Sequence record: SRR20825019_12
Strand: one strand, 5' to 3'
Length of the DNA stretch: 50,973 nucleotides
The notes under the pieces were generated by a model. It saw only the letters and a list, made by a program, of their open reading frames with translations. It was not told where the DNA came from and did not search any database. Below are positions 8,876-17,540 of the stretch, in pieces; within the stretch, counting starts at the first letter, position 1, and every line of letters begins with the position of its first letter. The position numbers were made by a program, and so were the translations under genes.

Positions 8876-9571
8876 ATGAAAGACTCGATTTCATATTTTG
8901 AAAAGATAAATAAAGGAAGTGCTTTAATAGATCTTGGTTATAGAGATTATATTGCTGCTCGTGTATTACTTAATAAACATTTATTAGTTCAAGGATTAAC
9001 ACTTGCTAGTACCTCAGTTGAAAAATATCTTAAAGCAATAATTGTTTTAAATCTCAAAAAAAAAGAGCACTATCATTATCATTTAGACAGATTTGAATCA
9101 CTCAAAAAACTATTAAGTAAATTAAATAATGATGTGACCGAAGAATTTGATTCTATTTTCTTGGACATACTTCAAAATGCTTTTAGAATAAGATATTATG
9201 ATAAAATTAATAGACCAATTTTTATGGGATTCTATATAAATCAGTTTATTGGGGAATTAGATTTCACAGTTGACTTTATGGAAAAATATATCTATAGTTC
9301 TCAAAATGGTGGGTTTTCAATGACGAAATATTTTCAAGCAATTGAAAACAATGACACTCACCTTTATGAGAATAATTATATTCTTAAGAATGAAAATAAA
9401 AAAGAATTCATGGAAAGATCTGATATTGGATTTTCAATTTACATAAATACAGGACCTAAATTTCATAGAGAGAATGTCGTAAAAGGCGGTATTACAAAAA
9501 ATAAATATGATGGCGAAATATCAAAGTTCACTGATTTCAGTGAAACTATATTTTCAAATAATAGAAGATAA
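8876..9571 (+). CDS. HEPN-like domain protein
   Basis: RDYIAAR...LASTSVEKYLKA...HL..L...RY pattern typical of HEPN folds. Confidence 0.6.
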   Translation: MKDSISYFEKINKGSALIDLGYRDYIAARVLLNKHLLVQGLTLASTSVEKYLKAIIVLNLKKKEHYHYHLDRFESLKKLLSKLNNDVTEEFDSIFLDILQNAFRIRYYDKINRPIFMGFYINQFIGELDFTVDFMEKYIYSSQNGGFSMTKYFQAIENNDTHLYENNYILKNENKKEFMERSDIGFSIYINTGPKFHRENVVKGGITKNKYDGEISKFTDFSETIFSNNRR

Positions 9572-9618
9572 CATTGGCAATAATCCATTACCCCTCCTCC
9601 CCTAAACTAAAATTCCCT
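9560..9618 (+). repeat. attC-like intergenic repeat copy B (truncated)
   Basis: ..TAAC-ATTGGCAATAATCCATT..CCCTCCTCCCCTAAACTAAAATTCCCT, then interrupted by other repeats. Confidence 0.6.
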
Positions 9619-9666
9619 GCTACCGCAAGATTGTATCTTGTGTCCCACTTGGTTTACACCGTTCAT

Positions 9667-9759
9667 TGTCATTTCGACATGAGGAGCACTGCGACGATTG
9701 AGAAATCTCTTTTGCTTCTTCAGATTTCTCACACTCCCTTCGGTCGGTTCGAAATGACA
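9667..9759. repeat. REP-like hairpin element
   Basis: TGTCATTTCGA...GAGAAATCT...AGATTTCTC...TCGAAATGACA nested inverted repeats; homologous to 1619-1696 and 32781-32841. Confidence 0.8.
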
Positions 9760-9784
9760 ACGATTTTATTCCATTTAGGGAGGG

Positions 9785-9898
9785 TTACAACCAATGGCCA
9801 TAATCCATCGTCCCCTACCTCCTTAAACTAAATTCCCTATTTTTAAGAAAATAAATAACCAAAGGTCGAAATCATAGCCCAGACCGTTGTAAACAATT
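9785..9898 (+). repeat. attC-like intergenic repeat copy C
   Basis: TTACAAC-CAATGGCCATAATCCAT..CTTAAACTAAATTCCCTATTTTTAAG..CATAGCCCAGACC-GTTGTAAACAATT. Confidence 0.7.
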
Positions 9899-10312
9899 AT
9901 GAAAAAAATTATCATTCTTATTTTTCTAACTCAAATAGCTTATGGCCAAGACAGCTCTAATAACTCATTTGTTGGAAAGTGGGAAGTAGTTGAATCCTTC
10001 TCCAAAGGTCCTGACCAAGCGGTTTCAGATGAATATGAGCTCTCTCAAATATTCCTTGGCGGCTCAATTGATTTCAATTCTAATGGTAACTTCAAAATAG
10101 ACTTAAAAAGCGAAGGTGAGTTTGCCAAAGATTTAATCGAAATGACAATGGGCACAAAATGGAGATACAGTAAAGATTTGGACTGGATTATGGTGGGTAC
10201 AGAAGAGGATGACTATACTATTATCGGATTTCAACACTTTATTAAGGACAAAAAGTCTTATCTGAAAATACCTGAATCAGGAATTGTACTCCAAGTGAAA
10301 AAAATAAAATAA
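9899..10312 (+). CDS. Secreted hypothetical protein (lipocalin-like possible)
   Basis: Signal peptide; FVGKWEVV motif; beta-rich. Confidence 0.65.
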   Translation: MKKIIILIFLTQIAYGQDSSNNSFVGKWEVVESFSKGPDQAVSDEYELSQIFLGGSIDFNSNGNFKIDLKSEGEFAKDLIEMTMGTKWRYSKDLDWIMVGTEEDDYTIIGFQHFIKDKKSYLKIPESGIVLQVKKIK

Positions 10313-10385
10313 CTGTTTACAACACTGACCACAATTCATTGTTTCCCTCCTCCCCTAAACTAAATTCCCTACTTTTAAGAAAAGA
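10311..10385 (+). repeat. attC-like intergenic repeat copy D (left part)
   Basis: AACTGTTTACAAC-ACTGACCACAATTCATT..CCCTCCTCCCCTAAACTAAATTCCCTACTTTTAAG. Confidence 0.7.
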
Positions 10386-10391
10386 AGCATA

Positions 10392-10778
10392 ATGAAAATT
10401 GAACATATTGCTATTTGGACTTCAGATCTAGAAAAAATGAGAGATTTTTATCTGCGCTTTTTCGAATTGGAAGCCAACGAAAAATATTACAATCCAAAGA
10501 AAAAGTTCAGTTCCTATTTCCTCTCCTTTAAAAAAGGCGCACGCATCGAATTAATGCACAGGCCCGATATTTCAGAATTCATGGATAACAGGGACGCCCA
10601 ACTTGGCCTCACCCATTTTGCCATATCCGTGGGTTCAAAAGAAAAAGTGGATGCCCTTACCGAAACCATCCGCAAAAATGGATTTAAGGTCATCGGAGAA
10701 CCCAGAACCACTGGCGATGGCTATTACGAAAGTGTTATTGCCGACCCAGAGGGCAATTGGATTGAAATAACGGAGTAA
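10392..10778 (+). CDS. VOC/glyoxalase family protein
   Basis: MKIEHIAIW...IELM...HFAISVG...DPEGNWIEI motifs. Confidence 0.9.
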   Translation: MKIEHIAIWTSDLEKMRDFYLRFFELEANEKYYNPKKKFSSYFLSFKKGARIELMHRPDISEFMDNRDAQLGLTHFAISVGSKEKVDALTETIRKNGFKVIGEPRTTGDGYYESVIADPEGNWIEITE

Positions 10779-10835
10779 CTGGTTTTCGAAAACCCAAACA
10801 ATTACAGATAACAGCTACCCACAGCAACAATATAT

Positions 10836-11417
10836 ATGAAAGAGGGACTCATTACATCAATATCCCAATACATTACCTTAAGTTCCGAAGAAGCCCGTTC
10901 AATAGAAACGTTTTGGACGGAGAAAACCCTTAAGAAAGGAGATTATCTGTTGCGAAATGGGCAAACTTGCCGCACCGATAATTTTGTGGTGAACGGTGCT
11001 TTAAAGGCTTTTTACATCAACCCCGAAACGGGAAAGGAAGAGATCCTATATTTTGCGATTGAAAATTGGTGGGCAACGGATATTGAAAGTTTTCAAAAAC
11101 AAAAACCTTCCATCTACAACATTCAAGCCATTGAGGACACCACTTTGCTACAAATCAGCCACGGTTCTTTTCAGGAAATGCTAAGTCAGCTACCAAAATT
11201 GGAACGCTTTTTTAGAATCATCCTCGAAAATTATCTGGGAAGTTTGCAGAAAAGAATCATCTTGAATAAAACCCTCGACGCTGAAAAACGCTATTTGGAT
11301 TTTATGGAGAACTATCCCAAAATCGCCGAAAAAGTTCCCAACTATCTTATTGCTTCGTATTTGGGCATTTCTGCTGAATTTTTAAGCAGAATTCGAAAAA
11401 AAATCGATGCATCTTGA
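10836..11417 (+). CDS. Crp/Fnr family transcriptional regulator
   Basis: cNMP-binding region and C-terminal IASYLGISAEFLSRIRK HTH. Confidence 0.9.
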   Translation: MKEGLITSISQYITLSSEEARSIETFWTEKTLKKGDYLLRNGQTCRTDNFVVNGALKAFYINPETGKEEILYFAIENWWATDIESFQKQKPSIYNIQAIEDTTLLQISHGSFQEMLSQLPKLERFFRIILENYLGSLQKRIILNKTLDAEKRYLDFMENYPKIAEKVPNYLIASYLGISAEFLSRIRKKIDAS

Positions 11418-11427
11418 ACTAGGTCAA
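11414..11427. promoter_or_regulatory. Crp/Fnr-type palindromic site
   Basis: TTGA-ACTAGG-TCAA overlapping the regulator stop codon, upstream of the azoreductase. Confidence 0.65.
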
Positions 11428-11482
11428 TTTTTTTCATTTTCCGGATTCGGAATTTTGTCTCGTAATCAAAAATTTATGAATT

Positions 11483-12106
11483 ATGAACAAAGTATTGATC
11501 ATCAACGCAAGTGTGCGAAAGGAAAGATCGCACAGTAGAAAGCTGACACAACTTTTCGAAAAAAATTGGCAAAAGAAACACCCGAACGATGTTTTTACAT
11601 ACCGAGAAGTAGGACTGGAAGAAATACCGCCAATAAATGAAAAATGGATTTCGAGTGCATTCATCAAACCCAGTGAAAGAACAAAAGAAAACCAGTCAGG
11701 TGTTGCCCTTAGCGATGCATTGGTAAAAGAGTTCAAAGCTCATGATGTTTATGTTTTGGGAACACCCATGTACAATTGGTCCATTCCAAGCGGACTAAAG
11801 GCTTACATTGACCAACTTATGCGTATCAACGAAACTTGGAAATTTCGTTCAGGTAAACCCGACGGAAATTATGTGGGTATGCTTGAAAACAAGAAAATGT
11901 TCATACTATCAAGTCGTGGTGACACAGGTTATGGAGAAAACGAAAAAAATGGACATATGAATTTCCAAACAACCTATTTAAAGTTCGTTTTTGGAATTAT
12001 GGGCATAAAAGACATTTCGATAATCTCCTTGGACAACGAAGAGTTTGGTGGGGAACTATTTGAGAACTCAAAGAGAGAAATTTACCAAAAGATGGAACAG
12101 ATTTAA
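11483..12106 (+). CDS. azoR: FMN-dependent NADH-azoreductase (flavodoxin-like)
   Basis: INASVR..SHSR, PMYNWSIPSGLKAYID and SSRG motifs. Confidence 0.8.
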   Translation: MNKVLIINASVRKERSHSRKLTQLFEKNWQKKHPNDVFTYREVGLEEIPPINEKWISSAFIKPSERTKENQSGVALSDALVKEFKAHDVYVLGTPMYNWSIPSGLKAYIDQLMRINETWKFRSGKPDGNYVGMLENKKMFILSSRGDTGYGENEKNGHMNFQTTYLKFVFGIMGIKDISIISLDNEEFGGELFENSKREIYQKMEQI

Positions 12107-12148
12107 AACTGTTACGGAAAAAGAGATAATTGATTTTGCTCCACTTAA

Positions 12149-12175
12149 CCTAAACTTAATTCCCTAATTTTATGA
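12149..12175 (+). repeat. Degenerate core of the array repeat (copy E)
   Basis: CCTAAACTTAATTCCCTAATTTTATG. Confidence 0.5.
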
Positions 12176-12289
12176 AAATTAAGATTTCCTCCCATGGCAT
12201 TTGTGTTGGCCCGTTAGCCTTTGATGGCAAAGCTGCGTATCTTTGTGGAAAAGAAATTGGCTTTCCACTTCTTAGGGAATGACTGCATT

Positions 12290-12694
12290 ATGGAAAACAA
12301 AAAAATAATCTTGTTCGATGGCGTTTGCAACTTGTGCAACAGTTCTGTCCAGTTTGTGATCAAACGGGACAAAAAGGATGTGTTTCGTTATGCCGCATTG
12401 CAAAGTGAAATCGGTCAAGAATTGGTGAACCAACGTCAAATAGACACCAGTAAGGTGGATTCCATTATCCTAATTGAACCGGGTGTGGCCTACTACACCA
12501 AATCGGATGCCGCCTTGGAAATTGCCCAAGACCTCGGTGGATTATGGAAGCTGACCGCAATTTTTACATGGATACCCACTTCCATCAGAAACAGCATTTA
12601 CGATTTTGTGGCCCGAAATCGCTACAAATGGTTCGGAAAACAAGAGGCTTGTATGATTCCTACGCCCGAATTAAAGGCCAAGTTTTTGGACTGA
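12290..12694 (+). CDS. DCC family thiol-disulfide oxidoreductase (DUF393)
   Basis: ILFDGVCNLC and YDFVARNRYKWFG motifs. Confidence 0.9.
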   Translation: MENKKIILFDGVCNLCNSSVQFVIKRDKKDVFRYAALQSEIGQELVNQRQIDTSKVDSIILIEPGVAYYTKSDAALEIAQDLGGLWKLTAIFTWIPTSIRNSIYDFVARNRYKWFGKQEACMIPTPELKAKFLD

Positions 12695-12805
12695 CTCATC
12701 TAAACCCGACTTTCCCTAAGTCAATCGGCCCATTCACACCATTGCTGGTTTTAATTGGAATATGTGAATCATAGGTTTGGGTAAACAATTAAATATCCGA
12801 CTCTT

Positions 12806-14860
12806 ATGAAAAATACAGTTGTCCTATTTTTATTGGCTCCCTTGTTTTTATTGGCCAACTCAACTAAAACCCCTTCCAAGATCAAGGAAGTAACTGTTTA
12901 CCTGAATGGAGCCCAGATTACCCGAACAGCTTCTTGTACGCTCCATGAGGGTTCCAACGAAGTAATATTTACTGGACTGTCCCATAAAATTGATGAAAGT
13001 AGCATTCAAATCTCTGGCCTGGGTCACGTTTCCATTTTATCCATTGCTTACGACATCAATTACCTCGAAAAATCCGCAAGCAATCCTAAAATCAAAGAAT
13101 GGGAAGACCGCATAGAGGCATTGGAGTATGAAATCTCACTGCTAAAAAATACTATCGCTGGTCTCGAAGAAGAAGAAAAGGTGATTACCTCCAATCGAAT
13201 CGTAAACGGAGACAGCCAAGTATTGGATTTGGAGCGTATGAAACAAATTGGTGCCTACTATCGTGAGCGAATTACGAAAATCAAAAATGAAATATTCAAG
13301 ACCAACCTGAATATCAATAAATTCAATCTTGAAATCAATGATTTACGGCAACAACTGGCCGAAGCCAATAATGGTAGCCAAACTCCACAGGGAGAAATCA
13401 CCATCACTTTTGATGCACCTATTACCACAACTTTGAATGCTACGCTATCCTACTTGGTCAAAGACGCGGGATGGGTACCCAATTACGATATTAAATCCTC
13501 TGGTTTGAATGCTCCTATTTCTCTGGCATATAAAGGCAACGTATACCAAAATACGGGTCAGGATTGGAAGAACGTCAAAATTTCCCTCTCCACGGGAAAC
13601 CCTCAATATAATATCAGCAAACCTACTATTGAGGCACATTATTTGAATTTTGTAAGTGCTTATAACAAAAGAAATGCTGCAACTACAAGCAAAAAGGGAT
13701 ATGCTTTTAACCCCTACGTTAAAAAAGTTACAGGAACTGTGACGGACGAATCCGGTGCACCCCTACCCGGTGTCAATATTGTAGTCCAGGGAACCTCTAT
13801 GGGAACCACTTCGGATTTTGATGGAAATTATACGTTGGAGGTACCTTCCGGGAAAGAATTGACCTATTCCTACATTGGGATGCATACGCAAGAATTGCCC
13901 ATCTACTCTTCCATTATAAATGTTCGTATGGAAGAAGATGCACAAAGTTTGGATGAAGTTGTCGTAACCGGATACGGCACGGCAGCAGTCGGTTCGGTTT
14001 CTCCTGAAAGAGCCTTAAGCGGTCGTGCAGCAGGAATTTCCATTAGAGGTGCGTCATCTATTGATAGTACACCAGAACCCTTATATATTATTGATGGAGT
14101 TCCTATTGATAATTTTACCGAAGGTGATTTGGACGAGAACGAAATCCAGGACGTTGAGGTCTTAAAAGGTACTAATGCCTCCTCCATATATGGAAACCGG
14201 GGTGCAAATGGCGTTGTTGTGATAACAACCAAAAAAAGCCAAATGCAGGAAGGAGCAACCAAAACAGAATTCGCCATAAAAAAGCCGTACACTATTTTGG
14301 CAAATGGGGATATAACCGCCATTGAGGTGAATACATTTAAAATGCCGGCCACTTATGAATACTTTGCCGCACCCGTTCTAAATGATAATGTTTATCTCAC
14401 CGCAAGTTTCAAGGATTGGGAACAACATCAACTTTTACCGGGAGAAGCCAATATCTACTTTGAGGGAACCTATGCTGGTAAAACGGTAATAGACCCATAT
14501 ACCACTAAAAAAGAAATGATTCTATCCTTGGGCATTGAGCACAATATTTCCGTAACAAGGCAACAGGACCGAAATTTTAAAAGCAAACCCTTTGTTGGAA
14601 GCAATCGAATAGTGAATCGTACATATGTTTTGGAAGTTAAGAACAATAAAAATACCCCCATCAGTCTGAAGCTAATGGACCGAATACCAAAATCCCAGAA
14701 CAAAGAGATTAAAGTGGATGATGTTAGTACCAACAATGCCAAGTACGACGAAAGCAAAGGCTTGTTAACGTGGAACATGACACTCGGGCCCAAATCCGTC
14801 CAGAAAGAAATCTTCTCCTTTCAAGTTAAATTCCCAAAAGGAAGATATATCTCGCTCTAA
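12806..14860 (+). CDS. DUF4140/DUF4139 (MuiA-like) protein with inserted carboxypeptidase-regulatory-like and TonB plug-like domains
   Basis: VTVYLNGAQITR N-terminus, WVPNYDI, QNTGQDW; internal TGTVTDESGAPLPGVNI, LDEVVVTGYG, PLYIIDG, YGNRGANGVVVITTKK; C-terminal LLPGEANIYFEG. Confidence 0.85.
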   Translation: MKNTVVLFLLAPLFLLANSTKTPSKIKEVTVYLNGAQITRTASCTLHEGSNEVIFTGLSHKIDESSIQISGLGHVSILSIAYDINYLEKSASNPKIKEWEDRIEALEYEISLLKNTIAGLEEEEKVITSNRIVNGDSQVLDLERMKQIGAYYRERITKIKNEIFKTNLNINKFNLEINDLRQQLAEANNGSQTPQGEITITFDAPITTTLNATLSYLVKDAGWVPNYDIKSSGLNAPISLAYKGNVYQNTGQDWKNVKISLSTGNPQYNISKPTIEAHYLNFVSAYNKRNAATTSKKGYAFNPYVKKVTGTVTDESGAPLPGVNIVVQGTSMGTTSDFDGNYTLEVPSGKELTYSYIGMHTQELPIYSSIINVRMEEDAQSLDEVVVTGYGTAAVGSVSPERALSGRAAGISIRGASSIDSTPEPLYIIDGVPIDNFTEGDLDENEIQDVEVLKGTNASSIYGNRGANGVVVITTKKSQMQEGATKTEFAIKKPYTILANGDITAIEVNTFKMPATYEYFAAPVLNDNVYLTASFKDWEQHQLLPGEANIYFEGTYAGKTVIDPYTTKKEMILSLGIEHNISVTRQQDRNFKSKPFVGSNRIVNRTYVLEVKNNKNTPISLKLMDRIPKSQNKEIKVDDVSTNNAKYDESKGLLTWNMTLGPKSVQKEIFSFQVKFPKGRYISL

Positions 14861-14863
14861 AAC

Positions 14864-14896
14864 AAAAAAAGACCTCCTTAAAAGAGGTCTTTTTTT
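14864..14896. terminator. Bidirectional intrinsic terminator
   Basis: A7-GACCTC-loop-GAGGTC-T7 between convergent genes. Confidence 0.85.
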
Positions 14897-14914
14897 ACAA
14901 TTCTTAAATCTATT

Positions 14915-16222
14915 CTATTGTTCCTTTTGATAATTATCGTCCCAATTCCTCACTTTCGGCTCGCCCAATTTACCTACTGATTTTGCCACAACCATGGATA
15001 CGGTCGCATCTCCGGAAACATTTACCACGGTACGGCACATATCCAAAGGTCTGTCCACTGCAAAAATCAAAGCAAGTCCAGCTTCTGGAATACCCGCTTG
15101 TGCCAATACGATCACCAACATTACCATTCCCGCACCGGGAACCGCAGCACTACCAATAGATGCCAGCGTAGCCGTTACAATAATTCCAAGTTGTGCGGAA
15201 AGGCTCAGGTCCATACCAAATGCCTGTGCGATAAAAACAGCGGCAACAGCTTGGTACAAACTGGTTCCGTCCATATTAATGGTAGCGCCTATGGGCAGTA
15301 CAAAACTGGTAACCTCCTCCTCTACTCCCAAATGCTCCTCGACCCTTTCCATGGTCACGGGCAAGGTCGCCGCACTGGAACTCGTAGAAAATGCCAATAA
15401 TTGTGCAGGAGACATTCCTCTCATAAAAAAAGCAGGGCTTCTTTTTGTAAAAATCCAAGCAATCAAGAGGTAAACACATAACATTAAGGCCAGACCAAGC
15501 ACCACACAGAAGGAATACCAAGCCAATGCCTTGAACAAGTCAAAACTTGGCGATTCCACTACAAGTGCAGCCAATAGGGCAAATACACCGTATGGTGCGG
15601 CCAACATAATAATATCTATCAATTTGAGGATGACCTCATTAAAGCCATCAAAGAATTTTTTGACCGGTTCTGCGGTTTTTTCGGGAATCAAAATCAAACC
15701 TATTCCAAAGAAAATAGCGAAGAAAATGACCTGAAGCATGTTACCGTTATCGCTCGCAGCCTTGAATATGTTGCTTGGCACCAAATCTTCCAAAGCCTGC
15801 AAAGGTCCCGCTTCCTTCTGTTTGTCAGCGGCAGTCTTTATATTATCCGCATCGCCTTTATAGTTTTCGACCAATTCATTTCGGGTATCTTCGGTAATGG
15901 AACTTCCTGGTTTGATCGTATTTACTACCAATAAACCTATCGTAACCGCAATAACCGTGGTAATAATATAAATGCCAATGGTCCTACCCCCCATTTTGGA
16001 TAGCTTGGAGATATCCTTTAAATCTGAAACCCCTTTGATCAATGAAGCCAGAATCAAGGGCACTGCAATTAATTTTAAGGAGTTGATGAAAATATTTCCG
16101 AACGGCTTTACCCAATCTGATACAATCTTTGGGCCCCATTCAAATTGAACCATCAATAGCGCAAACAAAACACCTGCTGCCATTCCAATTAGGATCTGCC
16201 AGTGTAATTCCAGTTTCTTCAT
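14915..16222 (-). CDS. Dicarboxylate/amino acid:cation symporter (GltP family)
   Basis: AFSTSSSAATLP, GATINMDGT and DRPLDMCRTVVNVSGD motifs. Confidence 0.93.
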   Translation of the reverse strand: MKKLELHWQILIGMAAGVLFALLMVQFEWGPKIVSDWVKPFGNIFINSLKLIAVPLILASLIKGVSDLKDISKLSKMGGRTIGIYIITTVIAVTIGLLVVNTIKPGSSITEDTRNELVENYKGDADNIKTAADKQKEAGPLQALEDLVPSNIFKAASDNGNMLQVIFFAIFFGIGLILIPEKTAEPVKKFFDGFNEVILKLIDIIMLAAPYGVFALLAALVVESPSFDLFKALAWYSFCVVLGLALMLCVYLLIAWIFTKRSPAFFMRGMSPAQLLAFSTSSSAATLPVTMERVEEHLGVEEEVTSFVLPIGATINMDGTSLYQAVAAVFIAQAFGMDLSLSAQLGIIVTATLASIGSAAVPGAGMVMLVIVLAQAGIPEAGLALIFAVDRPLDMCRTVVNVSGDATVSMVVAKSVGKLGEPKVRNWDDNYQKEQ

Positions 16223-16281
16223 AAAGAGTTAAGTTAGGGACGGAAAGATACTTTATTGAATGGAAACGTCCTAACCTCTAC

Positions 16282-17346
16282 CTAGATTTTGTTGGTCCGG
16301 GCCAAAAGTGAATAATCTGCCAGTACCAGTGCGGCCATGGCCTCCACGATGGGAACTGCTCTTGGGACAACACATGGATCGTGCCTTCCCTTGCCTTGAG
16401 TGGTCACTTTTTCACCCTCTTTGTTGATGGTTTCATATGATTGTAGTACGGTCGCCACCGGTTTAAAGGCAACATTGAAATAAATATCCATACCATTGCT
16501 GATACCGCCTTGCACACCACCACTTCGATTGGTTTTGGTGGTTCCGTCCGTATTGAATGCATCGTTGTGCTCACTGCCCTTCATGGTTACCCCGGCAAAG
16601 CCGCTTCCATATTCAAAGCCTTTTACAGCGTTTATGGACAACATGGCTTCACCCAAGCGCGCATGCAACTTGTCAAAAACAGGTTCGCCAAGACCAATTG
16701 GTACATTTTGAATAACGCAAGTGATAACGCCACCAATGGTATCTCCCTCTTTTTTAATGGATTTGATATAGTCTTCCATTTTTTGCGCCATCTCGGTATC
16801 GGGACAACGAACGGCATTGGACTCAATCTTGGAAAAATCCAATTCTTTGTAGGGTTTGTCCAATTTCATTCCCCCAACCTGAGAAACAAAGGCGTTTATC
16901 TTGATTTCGCTCAAAAATTGTTTAGCTATGGCTCCGGCCACTACCCTACTGGCCGTTTCACGAGCCGAGCTTCTTCCACCACCACGGTAGTCACGAAAAC
17001 CATATTTTTGATCATACACGTAATCTGCATGCGATGGACGGTACGAGTCTTTGATATGCGAATAATCTTTCGACTTTTGATTGGTATTGTGAATGGCAAA
17101 ACCTATCGGCGTACCAGTGGTCTTACCCTCGAATATTCCAGAGTAAATTTCAACGGTATCGGGCTCTTTTCTTTGGGTTACAATGGCGGATTGTCCCGGT
17201 TTTCTACGATTCAATTCTTCTTGAATCTTATCCAAATCCAACACAATCCCGGCAGGACACCCATCAATGATGCCACCCAAAGCTTTTCCGTGAGATTCAC
17301 CAAAAGTGGTGAGCTTAAAAAGTTGTCCAAAAGAATTTCCAGCCAT
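16282..17346 (-). CDS. aroC: Chorismate synthase
   Basis: [23 protein letters not shown] and GRHDPCV motifs. Confidence 0.97.
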   Translation of the reverse strand: MAGNSFGQLFKLTTFGESHGKALGGIIDGCPAGIVLDLDKIQEELNRRKPGQSAIVTQRKEPDTVEIYSGIFEGKTTGTPIGFAIHNTNQKSKDYSHIKDSYRPSHADYVYDQKYGFRDYRGGGRSSARETASRVVAGAIAKQFLSEIKINAFVSQVGGMKLDKPYKELDFSKIESNAVRCPDTEMAQKMEDYIKSIKKEGDTIGGVITCVIQNVPIGLGEPVFDKLHARLGEAMLSINAVKGFEYGSGFAGVTMKGSEHNDAFNTDGTTKTNRSGGVQGGISNGMDIYFNVAFKPVATVLQSYETINKEGEKVTTQGKGRHDPCVVPRAVPIVEAMAALVLADYSLLARTNKI

Positions 17347-17540
17347 TCGGTATAAAAATTATATCGCCATCAAAGGTAGATGTTACAAAGCTAATTCAAA
17401 AACAGGGGTTTGACTTAATGTTATTGTAACATAATTCATCTTATGGTGATATTATTTTAACAATATGCTCATGAATTAATGATTTGGATTTGATTTTTAT
17501 TTTATTCCTACCGTTTTATTTTGTAATAAATCCTATACCA

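Larger units (their letters stand above)
8081..12180 (+). mobile_element. Putative integron-like gene-cassette array without integrase
   Basis: Co-oriented unrelated short genes separated by homologous intergenic elements with AAC...GTT ends; one gene flanked by a 12/13 inverted repeat. Confidence 0.55.

Noticed and set aside
9574-9831. 85-aa ORF
   Set aside because: Composed entirely of repeat elements; TTG start; no protein-like features.
8767-12175. Repeats as a CRISPR array
   Set aside because: Spacing is hundreds of bp and contains whole genes; the repeats are degenerate; no cas genes.
16510-17355. 281-aa ORF antisense to aroC (and similar shadow ORFs elsewhere)
   Set aside because: Antisense shadow of a well-conserved gene; no independent coding signal.
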